A stretch of 30,415 nt of DNA from the NCBI RefSeq assembly GCF_006345805.1, contig NW_021832908.1:1-30415 (forward strand), given 5' to 3'. Every line of letters begins with the position of its first letter. The first letter of the stretch is position 1. Under the pieces are notes generated by a model, which worked only from the letters and a program-made list of their open reading frames with translations, was not told where the DNA came from and ran no database searches. A program made the position numbers and the translations under genes. Origin of the DNA: Octopus sinensis (Eukaryota). Shown in pieces: positions 10,737-22,800 of this stretch.

Positions 10737-10866
10737 TTGGGTTGGCAACTAAGTTACCGCCATTTTTTAAAATTAAAATTTTTTAAAAAGTTTAATAAAA
10801 AAATATATAACTAATTAATCAATAATGTATTCACCCTTGTTGTTTACATCTTCTTCCCAACGTTCT
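10737..10866 (-). mobile_element. 3' end of a mariner/Tc1 element
   Basis: TA then TTGGGTTGGCAACTAAGT terminal repeat. Reverse strand encodes ERWEEDVNNKGEYIID*, typical of a mariner transposase C-terminus. Confidence 0.75.
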
Positions 10867-11393
10867 TCATCAACAGTTCTTGTTGATGTTGAGGATGAGG
10901 ACGAATTTGACGGTGTGGTGCTGTCATTAACGGAACAGCAAAGGATGGAAGTAGAGAGACACAACGGGGAGTATGGACTGTGGAAGATTGACTTTGACTA
11001 GGAAAAGCTTCCACAAAATATTGAATTTAAAGAACTGAGAAAGAGGTATAACTTAAATATATTGGAGAGCAGGAGAAAGGGATCAAGTGATGTTACTTGA
11101 TGGGGCAGGTAACACATTTTCACCTTTTCATCTTTCATTATATCATACGTTTCGTTTTATTCTATTTTTTTTGTAATTGTTGTATGTCCCTCTATGTTTG
11201 CCCTTTGGGTAATAAAGAATAGATCCCATAATCTAATGAGACCGTGCTAGTCACAAGGCCAAACATCCCTGAAAGTTTCATCATCGAATTCAGCTGTTCT
11301 TGAGATACCTTGTCCAGGGGTCAACAAACAAACAAACAAGCACGACGAAGTGAAGACTAATATATATAGTCCATGTGTTTTATTGGCAAAATG

Positions 11394-11778
11394 GATGGAA
11401 GCACTCCGTCGGCTACGACGACGAGGGTTCCGGTTGATCCGAATCACGGAACAGCCTGCTCGTGAAATTAACGTGTAAGTGGCTGAGCACTCCACAGGCA
11501 CGTGCACCTTAACGTAGTTCTCGGGGATATTCAGCGTGACACAGAGAGTGACAAGCCGGCCCCTTGAAATACAGGTACAACAGAAACAGGAAGTAAGAGT
11601 GAGAGAAAGTTGTGGTGAAAGAGTACAGCAGGGATCACCACCATCCCCTGCCGGAGCCTCGTGGAGCTTTTTAGGTGTTTTTGCTCAATAAACATTCACA
11701 ACGCCCGGTCTGGGAATCGAAACCGCGATCCTATGACCGCGAGTCCGCTGCCCTAACCACTGGGCCATTGCGCCTCCA
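11394..11778 (-). mobile_element. Full-length tRNA-derived SINE family D
   Basis: Reverse strand starts GGAGGCGCAATGGCCCAGTGGTTAGGGCAGCGGACTCGCGG...GGTTTCGATTCCC (A and B boxes). Near-identical copy in opposite orientation at 24279-24633. Confidence 0.9.
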
Positions 11779-12097
11779 CAAATTGGCAAAATATGACCAA
11801 CCCCAAGTATAACAATATCTGTTTCAACACACGATTTCACAGCAAGAATCTTGCAAAACATACGTAAACGTGAATAATTTTTATTTTCCAATTATTCGGT
11901 TACAACTTAGGAGTTTTTCTATCTCGTCGCATTAATTTATAAGATATTTTGAAAGTAAATTTAAGTTTAGGAGAATGAAATTGTTCGTAAACTATACATT
12001 TTCGTTAATTTCCGTCTAAAAATAATTTATTCTGGAGATGTACTTGCATAGCAAGTAACTTGATCAGAGATCGTGTGCTGGAACAAAAACATTTGCA

Positions 12098-12203
12098 GCG
12101 TGGAAGGTGTTTATAAGCCATTTTGACAAGTTAAATTTAAATGTTGAAGTGAATCTAACGGTTTTTGTGTGTTTCTTAAATGGCTTAAAAACACCTTCCA
12201 CGC
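12098..12203. other. 26-bp inverted repeat (1 mismatch) around a 54-nt spacer
   Basis: GCGTGGAAGGTGTTTATAAGCCATTT (12098-12123) versus AAATGGCTTAAAAACACCTTCCACGC (12178-12203). Confidence 0.85.
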
Positions 12204-12276
12204 GACAATAATTTATTCGTACAAGGGAAATAACTCTACAAAAAGTTCTGTTTATTTGGGATTTATTTCCCTTGAG

Positions 12277-12450
12277 TAGACTGTGTAGCCGAATGGCTAT
12301 GAAATTCGCATTGCAACCAAGATGTCCCTGGTTCGATCCCATTGTCTAGCAATCAGGGAAACTTTGGTTGTTTTTTTTATATATACTATTTGTTTTGATT
12401 TATATCCTGTGAGGAAGACTGGGTAGACGGGAACTGTGCAGAATCATAGG
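12277..12450 (+). mobile_element. Diverged tRNA-derived SINE head (family A-related)
   Basis: A box TAGCCGAATGG, B box GGTTCGATCCC. Downstream GGTAGACGGGAACTG matches family A GGTAGACG(G/A)AAACTG. Confidence 0.55.
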
Positions 12451-12509
12451 TAGATTGTATCAGTATTTCAAAAAACACAACCTTCTTACACGCCTTATGC
12501 AGCTCATTT

Positions 12510-12640
12510 TGCCTAAGAGTTACGTTAAAGACACACATATCTGTGAAATTGCTCAGCCGCTACACGTTAATTTATGGACAAATAATTCGATCGGTCGTCG
12601 TCCTGAATTCTCAGCGTCGGATGACAAACATCCACAACCA
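12510..12640 (+). mobile_element. Decayed tail of SINE family D
   Basis: TGCTCAGCCGCTACACGTTAATTT matches TGCTCAGCCACTTACACGTTAATTT in 24539-24563. Confidence 0.45.
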
Positions 12641-12735
12641 TTTCCACAGGATCACAATCGTTAAATTGTGACTTGAGACAACATAAAATCAGAATGGCGT
12701 GAATCAATGAACCTGTTGCGCATGCTCGCCACATA

Positions 12736-13750
12736 TTGGGTCATCCCATAAATAATGCGGTTTTTTTTTAATACTTCATTTCATTTTTAAAATTAAAATA
12801 AGGAGTGGCTATGTGGTAAGTAGCTTGCTAACCAGCCACATGGTTCCGGGTTCAGTCCCACTGCGTGGCATCTTGGGCAAGTGTCTTCTGCTATAGCCCC
12901 GGGCCGACCAATACCTTGTGAGTGGATTTGGTGGACGGAAACTGAAAGAAGCCCGTCGTATATATATGTGTGTGTGTGTGTGTGTTTGTGTGTCTGTGTT
13001 TGTCCCCCCAGCATTGCTTAACAACCGATGCTGGTGTGTGTACGTCCCCGTCACTTTGCGGTTCGGCAAAAGAGACCGATAGAATAAGTACTGGTCTTAC
13101 AAAGAATAAGCCGATTTTCTCGACTAAAGGCGGTGCTCCAGCAAGGCCGCAGTCAAATGACTGAAACAAGTAAAAGAGTAACGTTCTTTTATCTAAAAAA
13201 AAAATCTTTCATTTTCTACAATGCTTTTCCAACTATCTGCTATCAAGGTTTCTCTTCCAGCATTCCGTGACGAAAAATACTCCACCAGTACAGTTCTGAC
13301 CTCGTCTACAGAATTCATATTTTTCCCATCCAAATGATTTCGAAAACTGCGGAATAAATTATAATCATATGGGGCAATGTCTGGCGAATATGGTGGGTGG
13401 GGCGTCGTTTCCCATTCAAACTGCTCCAGTCTTTGGAATGTCATCCTTGCTGTATGTGGCCAGGCATTATTCTGATGGAAGAACACCTTTGGTCATTTTT
13501 CTTCTAGCGCTGACTTCAATGACTGGTTGAATGACCAGATCAAAGCTAGTTCCGCAACAGTTACGATGGGGTTTTGTCCCACCAGGGTTGGCAGGACGTT
13601 CTCATCGAGCTCTACAGATCTTCCAGAACGAGGAGCGTCTTCTAAGCTACAGTTTCCGGCTCGGAATTTCTGGAACAACAGATTGGCTTACGCTTATACT
13701 CCGACCCCCCATATACTGCATGAATATTCCTCGCACTCTCCATTGCATTG
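12736..13750 (-). mobile_element. Internally deleted mariner transposon interrupted by a SINE
   Basis: TA + TTGGGTCATCCCATAAATAATGCGG terminal repeat at 12736. Transposase pieces FQKFRAGNCSLEDAPRSGRSVELDE (HTH region), FFHQNNAWPH and HPPYSPDIAPYDYNLFRS. The WVPHEL/first catalytic region is absent between them. The second TIR was not found. Confidence 0.85.
12801..13180 (+). mobile_element. SINE family A copy inserted into the mariner 3' end
   Basis: Collinear with 4741-5135, including the internal TA/TG microsatellite and the AAATGACTGAAACAAGTAAAAGAGTA tail. Confidence 0.9.
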
Positions 13751-13871
13751 TTTCATTTATTGCACTCATAAAGAAAAAAGTAAAGTTGACATATAATACA
13801 CACAATATTCACAAATATGTACATACAAAGAGTAAGGTCCTGAAAAGGAAGTGATATGCAAAGAAAGGTGC

Positions 13872-16800
13872 TCCAGAGAGGGGGATTTGAGAAATGAAGG
13901 GGAGGAAGGGGAGGTAGGAATGTTGAACATTCCAGAGAGGGGGATTTGAGAAATGAGGGGGGAGGGGGAAGTAGGAATGTTGAACATTCCAGAGAGGGGG
14001 ATTTGAGAATGAAGGGGGAGGGGGAGGGGGAAGTAGGAATGTTGAACATTCCAGAGAGGGGGATTTGAGAAATGAAGGGGAGGAAGGGAAGGTAGGAATG
14101 TTGAACATTCCAGAAAGGGGGTTTGAGAAATGAAAGGGAGGAGGAAGGGGAGTTAGGAATGTTGAACATTCCAGAGGGGGATTTGAGAAATGAAAGGGAG
14201 GAAGGGGAGTTAGGAATGTTGAACATTCCAGAGAGGGGGATTTGAGAAATGAAGGGGAGGAAGGGGAGGTAGGAATGTTGAACATTCCAGAGAGGGGGGT
14301 TTGAGAAATGAAGGGGAGGAAGGGGAGGTAGGAATGTTGAACATTCCAGAGAGGGGGATTTGAGAAATGAAAGGGAGGAAGGGAGTTAGGAATGTTGAAC
14401 ATTCCAGAGAGGTGGATTTGAGAAATGAAGGGGAGGAAGGGGAGGTAGGAATGTTGAACATTCCAGAGAGGTGGATTTGAGAATGAAGGGGAGGAAGGGG
14501 AGTATAGGAATGTTGAACATTCCAGAGAGGTGGATTTGAGAAATGAAGGGGGAGGGGGAAGTAGGAATGTTGAACATTCCAGAGAGGGGGATTTGAGAAT
14601 GAAGGGGAGGAGGGAAGGTAGGAATGTTGAACATTCCAGAAAGGGGGTTTGAGGAATGAAAGGGAGAAGGGGAGTTAGGAATGTTGAACATTCCAGAGAG
14701 GGGGATTTGAGAAATGAAAGGGAGGAAGGGGAGTTAGGAATGTTGAACATTCCAGAGAGGTGGATTTGAGAAATGAAGGGGAGGAAGGGGAGGTAGGAAT
14801 GTTGAACATTCCAGAGAGGGGGGTTTGAGAAATGAAGGGGAGGAAGGGGAGGTAGGAATGTTGAACATTCCAGAGAGGGGGATTTGAGAAATGAAAGGGA
14901 GGAAGGGGAGTTAGGAATGTTGAACATTCCAGAGAGGTGGATTTGAGAAATGAAGGGGAGGAAGGGGAGGTAGGAATGTTGAACATTCCAGAGAGGTGGA
15001 TTTGAGAAATGAAAGGGAGGAAGGGAGGTAGAATGTTGAACATTCCAGAGAGGGGATTTGAGAAATGAAAGGGAGGAAGGGGAGTTAGGAATGTTGAACA
15101 TTCCAGAGGGGGGGATTGGAGAAATGAATGGGAGGAAGGGGAGGTAGGAATGTGTGAACATTCCAGAGAGGGGGATTTGAAAATGAAGGGGAGGAGGGGA
15201 GGTAGGAATGTTGAACATTCCAGAGAGGGAGATTTGAGAAATGAGGGGAGGAAGGGAAGTTAGGAATGTTGAACATTCCAGAAAGGGGGTTTGAGAAATG
15301 AAAGGGAGGAAGGGGAGTTAGGAATGTTGAACATTCCAGAGAGGGGATTTGAGAAATGAAAGGGAGGAAGGGGAGGTAGGAATGTTGAACATTCCAGAGA
15401 GGTGGATTTGAGAAATGAAGGGGAGGAAGGGAGGTAGGAATGTTGAACATTCCAGAGAGGTGGATTTGAGAAATGATGGTGAGGAGAGGTGGAATGTTGA
15501 ACATCCAGAGAGGGGGATTTGAGAAATGAAAGGGAGGAAGGGGAGTTAGGAATGTTGAACATTCCAGAGAGGTGGATTTGAGAAAAGAAGGGAGGAAGGG
15601 GAGGTAGGAATGTTGAACATTCCAGAGAGGGTTTGAGAAATGAAAGGGGGAAGGGGAGTTAGGAATGTTGAACATTCCAGAGAGGTGGATTTCAGAAATG
15701 AAGGGGAGGAAGGGGAGGAAGGAATTTTGAACATTCCAGAGAGGGGGATTGAAAAGAAGGGGAGAAAGGGGATGTAGGAATGTTGAACATTCCAGAGAGG
15801 GGATTTGAGAAATGAAAGGGAGGAAGGGAGTTAGGAATGTTGAACATTCCAGAGAGGTGGATTTGAGAAATGAAGGGGAGGAAGGGAGGTAGAATGTTGA
15901 ACATTCCAGAGAGGGGGATTTGAGAAATGAGGGGAGGAAGGGGGGGAGGTAGTAATGTTGAACATTCCAGAGAGGGGGATTTGAGAAATGAGGGGAGGAA
16001 GGGAAGGTAGGAATGTTGAACATTCCAGAAAGAGGGGTTTGAGAAATGAAAGGGAGGAAGGGGAGTTAGGAATGTTGAACATCCAGAGAGGGGGATTTGA
16101 GAATGAAGAGGAGGAAGGGGAGGTAGGAATGTTGAACATTCCAGAGAGGGGGATTTGAGAAATGAAAGGGAGGAAGGGGAGTTAGGAATGTTGAACATTC
16201 CAGAGAGGTGGATTTGAGAAATGAAGGGGAGGAAGGGGAGGTAGGAATGTTGAACATTCCAGAGAGGGGGATTTGAGAAATGAAGAGGAGGAAGGGGAGG
16301 TAGGAATGTTGAACATTCCAGAGAGGGGGATTTGAGAAATGAAAGGGAGGAAGGGGAGTTAGGAATGTTGAACATTCCAGAGAGGTGGATTTGAGAAATG
16401 AAGGGGAGGAAGGGGAGGTAGGAATGTTGAACATTCCAGAGAGGGGGATTTGAGAAATGAAGGGGAGTAAGGGGAGGTAGGAATGTTGAACATTCCAGAG
16501 AGGGGGATTTGAGAAATGAAAGGGAGGAAGGGGAGTTAGGAATGTTGAACATTCCAGAGAGGTGGATTTGAGAAATGAAGGGGAGGAAGGGGAGGTAGGA
16601 ATGTTGAAAATTCCAGAGAGGGGGATTTGAGAAAAGAAGGGGCTAAAGGGAGGTAGGAATGAACATTCCAGAGAGGGGGTTTGAGAAATGAAAGGAGGAA
16701 GGGGAGTTAGGAATGTTGAACATTCCAGAGAGGGGATTTGAGAATGAAGGGGAGGAAGGGGAGGTAGGAATTTTGAACATTCCAGAGAGGGGATTTGAGA

Positions 16801-19800
16801 ATGAAAGGGAGGAAGGGGAGTTAGAATGTTTACATTCCAGAGAGGTGGATTTGAGAAATGAAGGGGAGGAAGGGGAGTAGGAATGTTGAACACTCCAGAG
16901 AGGGGGATTTGAGAAATGAAAGGAGGAAGGGGAGTTAGGAATGTTGAACATTCCAGAGAGGTGGATTTGAGAAATGAAGGGGAGGAAGGGAGGTAGGAAT
17001 GTTGAACATTCCAGAGAGGGGGATTTGAGAAATGAAGGGGAGGAGGGGAGGTAGGAATGTTGAACATTCCAGAGAGGGGATTTGAGAAATGAAGGGGAGG
17101 AAGGGGAGGTAGGAATGTTGAACATTCCAGAGAGGGGGATTTGAGAAATGAAGGGGAGGAAGGGGAGTTGGAATGTTGAACATTCCAGAGAGGGGGATTG
17201 AGAAATGAAGGGGAGGAAGGGAGGTAGGAATGTTGAACATTCCAGAGAGGGGATTTGAGAAATGAAAGGGAGGAAGGGGAGTTAGGAATGTTGAACATTC
17301 CAGAGAGGATTTGAGAAATGAAGGGGAGGAAGGGGAGGTAGGAATGTTGAACATTCCAGAGAGGGGGATTTGAGAAATGAAGGGGAGTAAGGGGAGGTAG
17401 GAATGTTGAACATTCCAGAGAGGGGATTTCAGAAATGAAAGGAGGAAGGGGAGTTAGGAATGTTGAACATTCCAGAGAGGTGGATTTGAGAAATGAAGGG
17501 GAGGAAGGGAGGTAGGAATGTTGAACATTCCAGAGAGGTGGATTTGAGAAATGAAGGGGAGAAGGGGAGGTAGGAATGTTGAACATTCCAGAGAGGGGGA
17601 TTTGAGAAATGAAGGGAGGAAGGGGAGTTAGGAATGTTGAACATTCCAGAGAGTGGGGATTTGAGAAATGAAGGGGAGGAAGGGGAGGTAGGAATGTTGA
17701 ACATTCCAGAGAGGGGGATTTGAGAAATGAAGGGGAGAAGGGGAGGTAGGAATGTTGAACATTCCAGAGAGGGGAATTGAGAAATGAGGGGAGGAAGGGA
17801 GGTAGGAATGTTGAACATTCCAGAAAGGGGTTTGAGAAATGAAAGGGAGGAAGGGGAGTTAGGAATGTTGAACATTCCAGAGAGGTGGATTGAGAAATGA
17901 AGGGGAGGAAGGAGAGGTAGGAATGTTGAACATTCCAGAGAGGGGGATTTGAGAAATGAAGGAGAGGAAGGGGAGGTAGGATGTTGCACATTCCAGAGAG
18001 GGGGATTTGAGAATTGAAAGGGAGGAAGGGGAGTTAGGAATGTTGAACATTCCAGAGAGGTGGATTTGAGAAATGAAGGGGGAGGAAGGGGAGGTAGGAA
18101 TGTTGAACATTCCAGAGAGGGGGATTTGAGAATGAAAGGGAGGAAGGGGAGTTAGGAATGTTGAACATTCCAGAGAGGTGGATTTGAGAAATGAAGGGGA
18201 GGAGGGGAGGTAGGAATGTTGAACATTCCAGAGAGGGGGATTTGAGAAATGAAAGGGAGGAAGGGGTGTTAGGAATGTTGAACATTCCAGAGAGGTGGAT
18301 TTGAGAAATGAAGGGGAGGAAGGGGAGGTAGGAATGTTGAACATTCCAGAGAGGGGGATTTGAGAAATTAAGGGGAGGAAGGGGAGGTAGGAATGTTGAA
18401 CATTCCAGAGAGGGGGATTTGAGAAATGAAAGTGAGGAAGGGGAGTTAGGAGTGTTGAACATTCCAGAGAGGGGTATTTGAGAAATGAAGGGAGGAAGAA
18501 GTTGGATGTTGAACATTCCAGAGAGGTGGATTTGAGAAATGAAGGGGAGGAAGGGGAGGTAGGAATGTTGAACATTCCAGAGAGGTGGATTTGAGAAATG
18601 AAGGGGAGGAAGGGGAGGTAGGAATGTTGAACATTCCAGAGAGGGGGATTTGAGAAATGAAAGGGAGGAAGGGGAGTTAGGAATGTTGAACATTCCAGAG
18701 AGGGGGATTTGAGAAATGAAGGGGAGGAAGGGGAGGAAGGAATGTTGAACATTCCAGAGAGGGGGATTTGAGAAAAGAAGGGGAGGAAGGGGATGTAGGA
18801 ATGTTAAACATTCCAGAGAGGGGGATTTGAGAAATGAACGGGAGGAAGGGGAGTTAGGAATGTTGAACATTCCAGAGAGGTGGATTTGAGAAATGAAGGG
18901 GAGGAAGGGGAGGTAGGAATGTTGAACATTCCAGAGAGGGGGATTTGAGAAATGAAGGGGAGGAAGGGGAGGTAGGAATGTTGAACATTCCAGAGAGGGG
19001 ATTTGAGAAATGAAGGGGAGGAAGGGGAGGTAGGAATGTTGAACATTCCAGAGAGGGGGATTTGAGAAATGAAAGGGAGGAAGGGGAGTTAGGAATGTTG
19101 AACATTCCAGAGAGGGGGATTTGAGAAATGAAGGGGAGGAAGGGGAGGTAGGAATGTTGAACATTCCAGAGAGGGGGATTTGAGAAATGAAAGGGAGGAA
19201 GGGGAGTTAGGAATGTTGAACATTCCAGAGAGGTGGATTTGAGAAATGAAGGGGAGGAAGGGGAGGTAGGAATGTTGAACATTCCAGAGAGGGGGATTTG
19301 AGAAATGAAGGGGAGTAGGAAGGGGAGTAGGAATGTTGAACATTCCAGAGAGGGGGATTTGAGAAATGAAAGGGAGGGGGAGTTAGGATGTTGAACATTC
19401 CAGAGAGGTGGATTTGAGAAATGAAGGGGAGGAAGGGGAGGTAGGAATGTTGAACATTCCAGAGAGGTGGATTTGAGAAATGAAGGGGAGGAAGGGGAGG
19501 TAGGAATGTTGAACATTCCAGAGAGGGGGATTTGAGAAATGAAAGGGAGGAAGGGGAGTTAGGAATGTTGAACATTCCAGAGAGGTGGATTTGAGAAATG
19601 AAGGGGAGGAAGGGGAGGTAGGAATGTTGAACATTCCAGAGAGGGGGATTTGAGAAATGAAGGGGAGGAAGGGGAGGTAGGAATGTTGAACATTCCAGAG
19701 AGGGGGAATTGAGAAATGAGGGGAGGAAGGGAAGGTAGGAATGTTGAACATTCCAGAAAGGGGGGTTTGAGAAATGAAAGGGAGGAAGGGGAGTTAGGAA

Positions 19801-22800
19801 TGTTGAACATTCCAGAGAGGTGGATTTGAGAAATGAAGGGGAGGAAGGAGAGGTAGGAATGTTGAACATTCCAGAGAGGGGGATTTGAGAAATGAAGGAG
19901 AGGAAGGGGAGTTAGGAATGTTGAACATTCCAGAGAGGGGGATTTGAGAAATGAAAGGGAGGAAGGGGAGTTAGGAATGTTGAACATTCCAGAGAGGTGG
20001 ATTTGAGAAATGAAGGGGAGGAAGGGGAGGTAGGAATGTTGAACATTCCAGAGAGGGGGATTTGAGAAATGAAAGGGAGGAAGGGGAGTTAGGAATGTTG
20101 AACATTCCAGAGGAGGGGATTTGAGAAATGAAGGGAGAAGGGGAGGAGGTAGGAATGTTGAACATTCCAGAGAGGGGGATTTGAGAAATGAAAGGGAGGA
20201 AGGGGAGTTAGGAATGTTGAACATTCCAGAGAGGTGGATTTGAGAAATGAAGGGGAGGAAGGGGAGGTAGGAATGTTGAACATTCCAGAGAGGGGGATTT
20301 GAGAAATGAAAGGGAGGAAGGGGTGTTAGGAATGTTGAACATTCCAGAGAGGTGGATTTGAGAAATGAAGGGGAGGAAGGCGAGGTAGGAATGTTGAACA
20401 TTCCAGAGAGGGGGATTTGAGAAATGAAGGGGAGTAAGGGGAGGTAGGAATGTTGAACATTCCAGAGAGGGGGATTTGAGAAATGAAGGGGAGGAAGGGG
20501 AGGTAGGAATGTTGAACATTCCAGAGAGGTGGATTTGAGAAATGAAGGGGACGAAGGGGAGGTAGGAATGTTGAACATTCCAGAGAGGGGGATTTGAGAA
20601 ATGAAAGGGAGGAAGGGGAGTTAGGAATGTTGAACATTCCAGAGAGGTGGATTTGAGAAATGAAGTGGAGGAAGGGGAGGTAGGAATGTTGAACATTCCA
20701 GAGGGGGGATTTGAGAAATGAAAGGGAGGAGGGGAGTTAGGAATGTTGAACATTCCAGAGAGGGGATTTGAGAAATGAAGGGGAGGAAGGGGAGTTAGGA
20801 ATGTTGAACATTCCAGAGAAGGGGATTTGAGAAATGAAAAGGAGGAAGGGGGGAGGTTAGGAGTGTTGAACATTCCAGAGAGGGGGATTTGAGAAATGAA
20901 GGGGAGGAAAGGGAGGTAGGAATATTGAACATTCCAGAGACGGGGATTTGAGAAATGAAGGGGAGGAAGGGGAGGTAGGAATGTTGAACATTCCAGAGAG
21001 GTGGATTTGAGAAATGAAGGGGATGAAGGGGAGGTAGGAATGTTGAACATTCCAGAGAGGGGGATTTGGGAAATGAAGGGGAGGAAGGGGAGGTAGGAAT
21101 GTTGAACATTCCAGAGAGGGGGATTTGAGAAATGAAAAGGAGGAATGGGAGTTAGGAATGTTGAACATTCCAGAGAGTTGGATTTGAGAAATGAAGGGGA
21201 GGAAGGGGAGGTAGGAATGTTGAACATTCCAGAGAGGGGGATTTGAGAAATGAAGGGGAGGAAGGGGAGGTAGGAATGTTGAACATTCCAGAGAGGGGGA
21301 TTGAGAAATGAAGGGGAGGAACGGGAGTTAGGAATGTTGAACATTCCAGAGAGGTGGATTTGAGAAATGAAGGGGAGGAAGGGGAGGTAGGAATGTTGAA
21401 CATTCCAGAGAGGTGGATTTGAGAAATGAAGGGGAGGAAGGGGAGGTAGGAATGTTGAACATTCCAGAGAGGGGGATTTGAGAAATGAAGGGAGAAGGGG
21501 AGTTAGGAATGTTGAACATTCCAGAGAGGGGGATTTGAGAAATGGTGGGGAGGAAGTGGAGGTAGGAATGTTGAACATTCAGAGAGGGGGATTTGAGAAA
21601 TGAAAGGGGGGAAGGGGAGGTAGGAATGTTGAACATTCCAGAGAGGGGGATTTGAGAAATGAGGGGAGGAAGGGAAGGTAGGAATGTTGAACATTCAGCA
21701 GAAAGGGGGGTTTGAGAAATGAAAGGGAGGAAGGGGAGTTAGGAATGTTGAACATTCCAGAGAGGGGGATTTGAGAAATGAAAGGAAGGAAGGGGAGTGA
21801 GGAGTAGGAATGTTGAACATTCCAGAGAGGTGGATTTGAGAAATGAAGGGGAGGAAGGAAGGGGAGGTAGGAATGTTGAACATTCCAGAGAGGTGGATTT
21901 GAGAAATGAAGGGGGACGAAGGGGAGGTAGGAATGTTGAACATTCCAGAGAGGGGGATTTGAGAAATGAAAGGGAGGAAGGGGAGTTAGCAATGTTGAAC
22001 ATTCCAGAGAGGTGGATTTGAGAAATGAAGTGGAGGAAGGGGAGGTAGGAATGTTGAACATTCCAGAGAGGGGGATTTGAGAAATGAAAGGGAGGAAGGG
22101 GAGTTAGGAATGTTGAACATTCCAGAGAGGTGGATTTGAGAAATGAAGGGGAGGAAGGGGAGGTAGGAATGTTGAACATTCCAGAGAAGGGGATTTGAGA
22201 AATGAAAGGGAGGAAGGGGAGTTAGGAGTGTTGAACATTCCAGAGAGGGGGATTTGAGAAATGAAGGGGAGGAAAGGGAGGTAGGAATATTGAACATTCC
22301 AGAGACGGGGATTTGAGAAATGAAGGGGAGGAAGGGGAGGTAGGAATGTTGAACATTCCAGAGAGGTGGATTTGAGAAATGAAGGGGAGGTAGGAATGTT
22401 GAACATTCCAGAGAGGGGGATTTGAGAAATGAAGGGGAGGAAGGGGAGGTAGGAATGTTGAACATTCCAGAGAGGGGGATTTGAGAAATGAAAGGGAGGA
22501 AGGGGAGTTAGGAATGTTGAACATTCCAGAGAGGTGGATTTGAGAAATGAAGGGGAGGAAGGGGAGGAGGAGGTTGAACATTCCAGAGAGGGGGATTTGA
22601 GAAATGAAAGGGAGGAAGGGGTGTAGTAGAATGTTGAACATTCCAGAGAGGTGGATTTGAGAAATGAAGGGGAGGAAGGGGAGGTAGGAATGTTGAACAT
22701 TCCAGAAAGGGGGGTTGAGAATTTGAGAAATGAAGGGGAGGAAGGGGAGGTTAGGAATGTTGAACATTCCAGAGAGGGGGATTTGAGAAATGAAGGGGAG

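Noticed and set aside
11700-11778. tRNA gene candidates at the SINE heads (also 4736-4810 and 12277-12350)
   Set aside because: They have A and B boxes but no complete cloverleaf or acceptor stem, and they continue into multi-copy SINE bodies.
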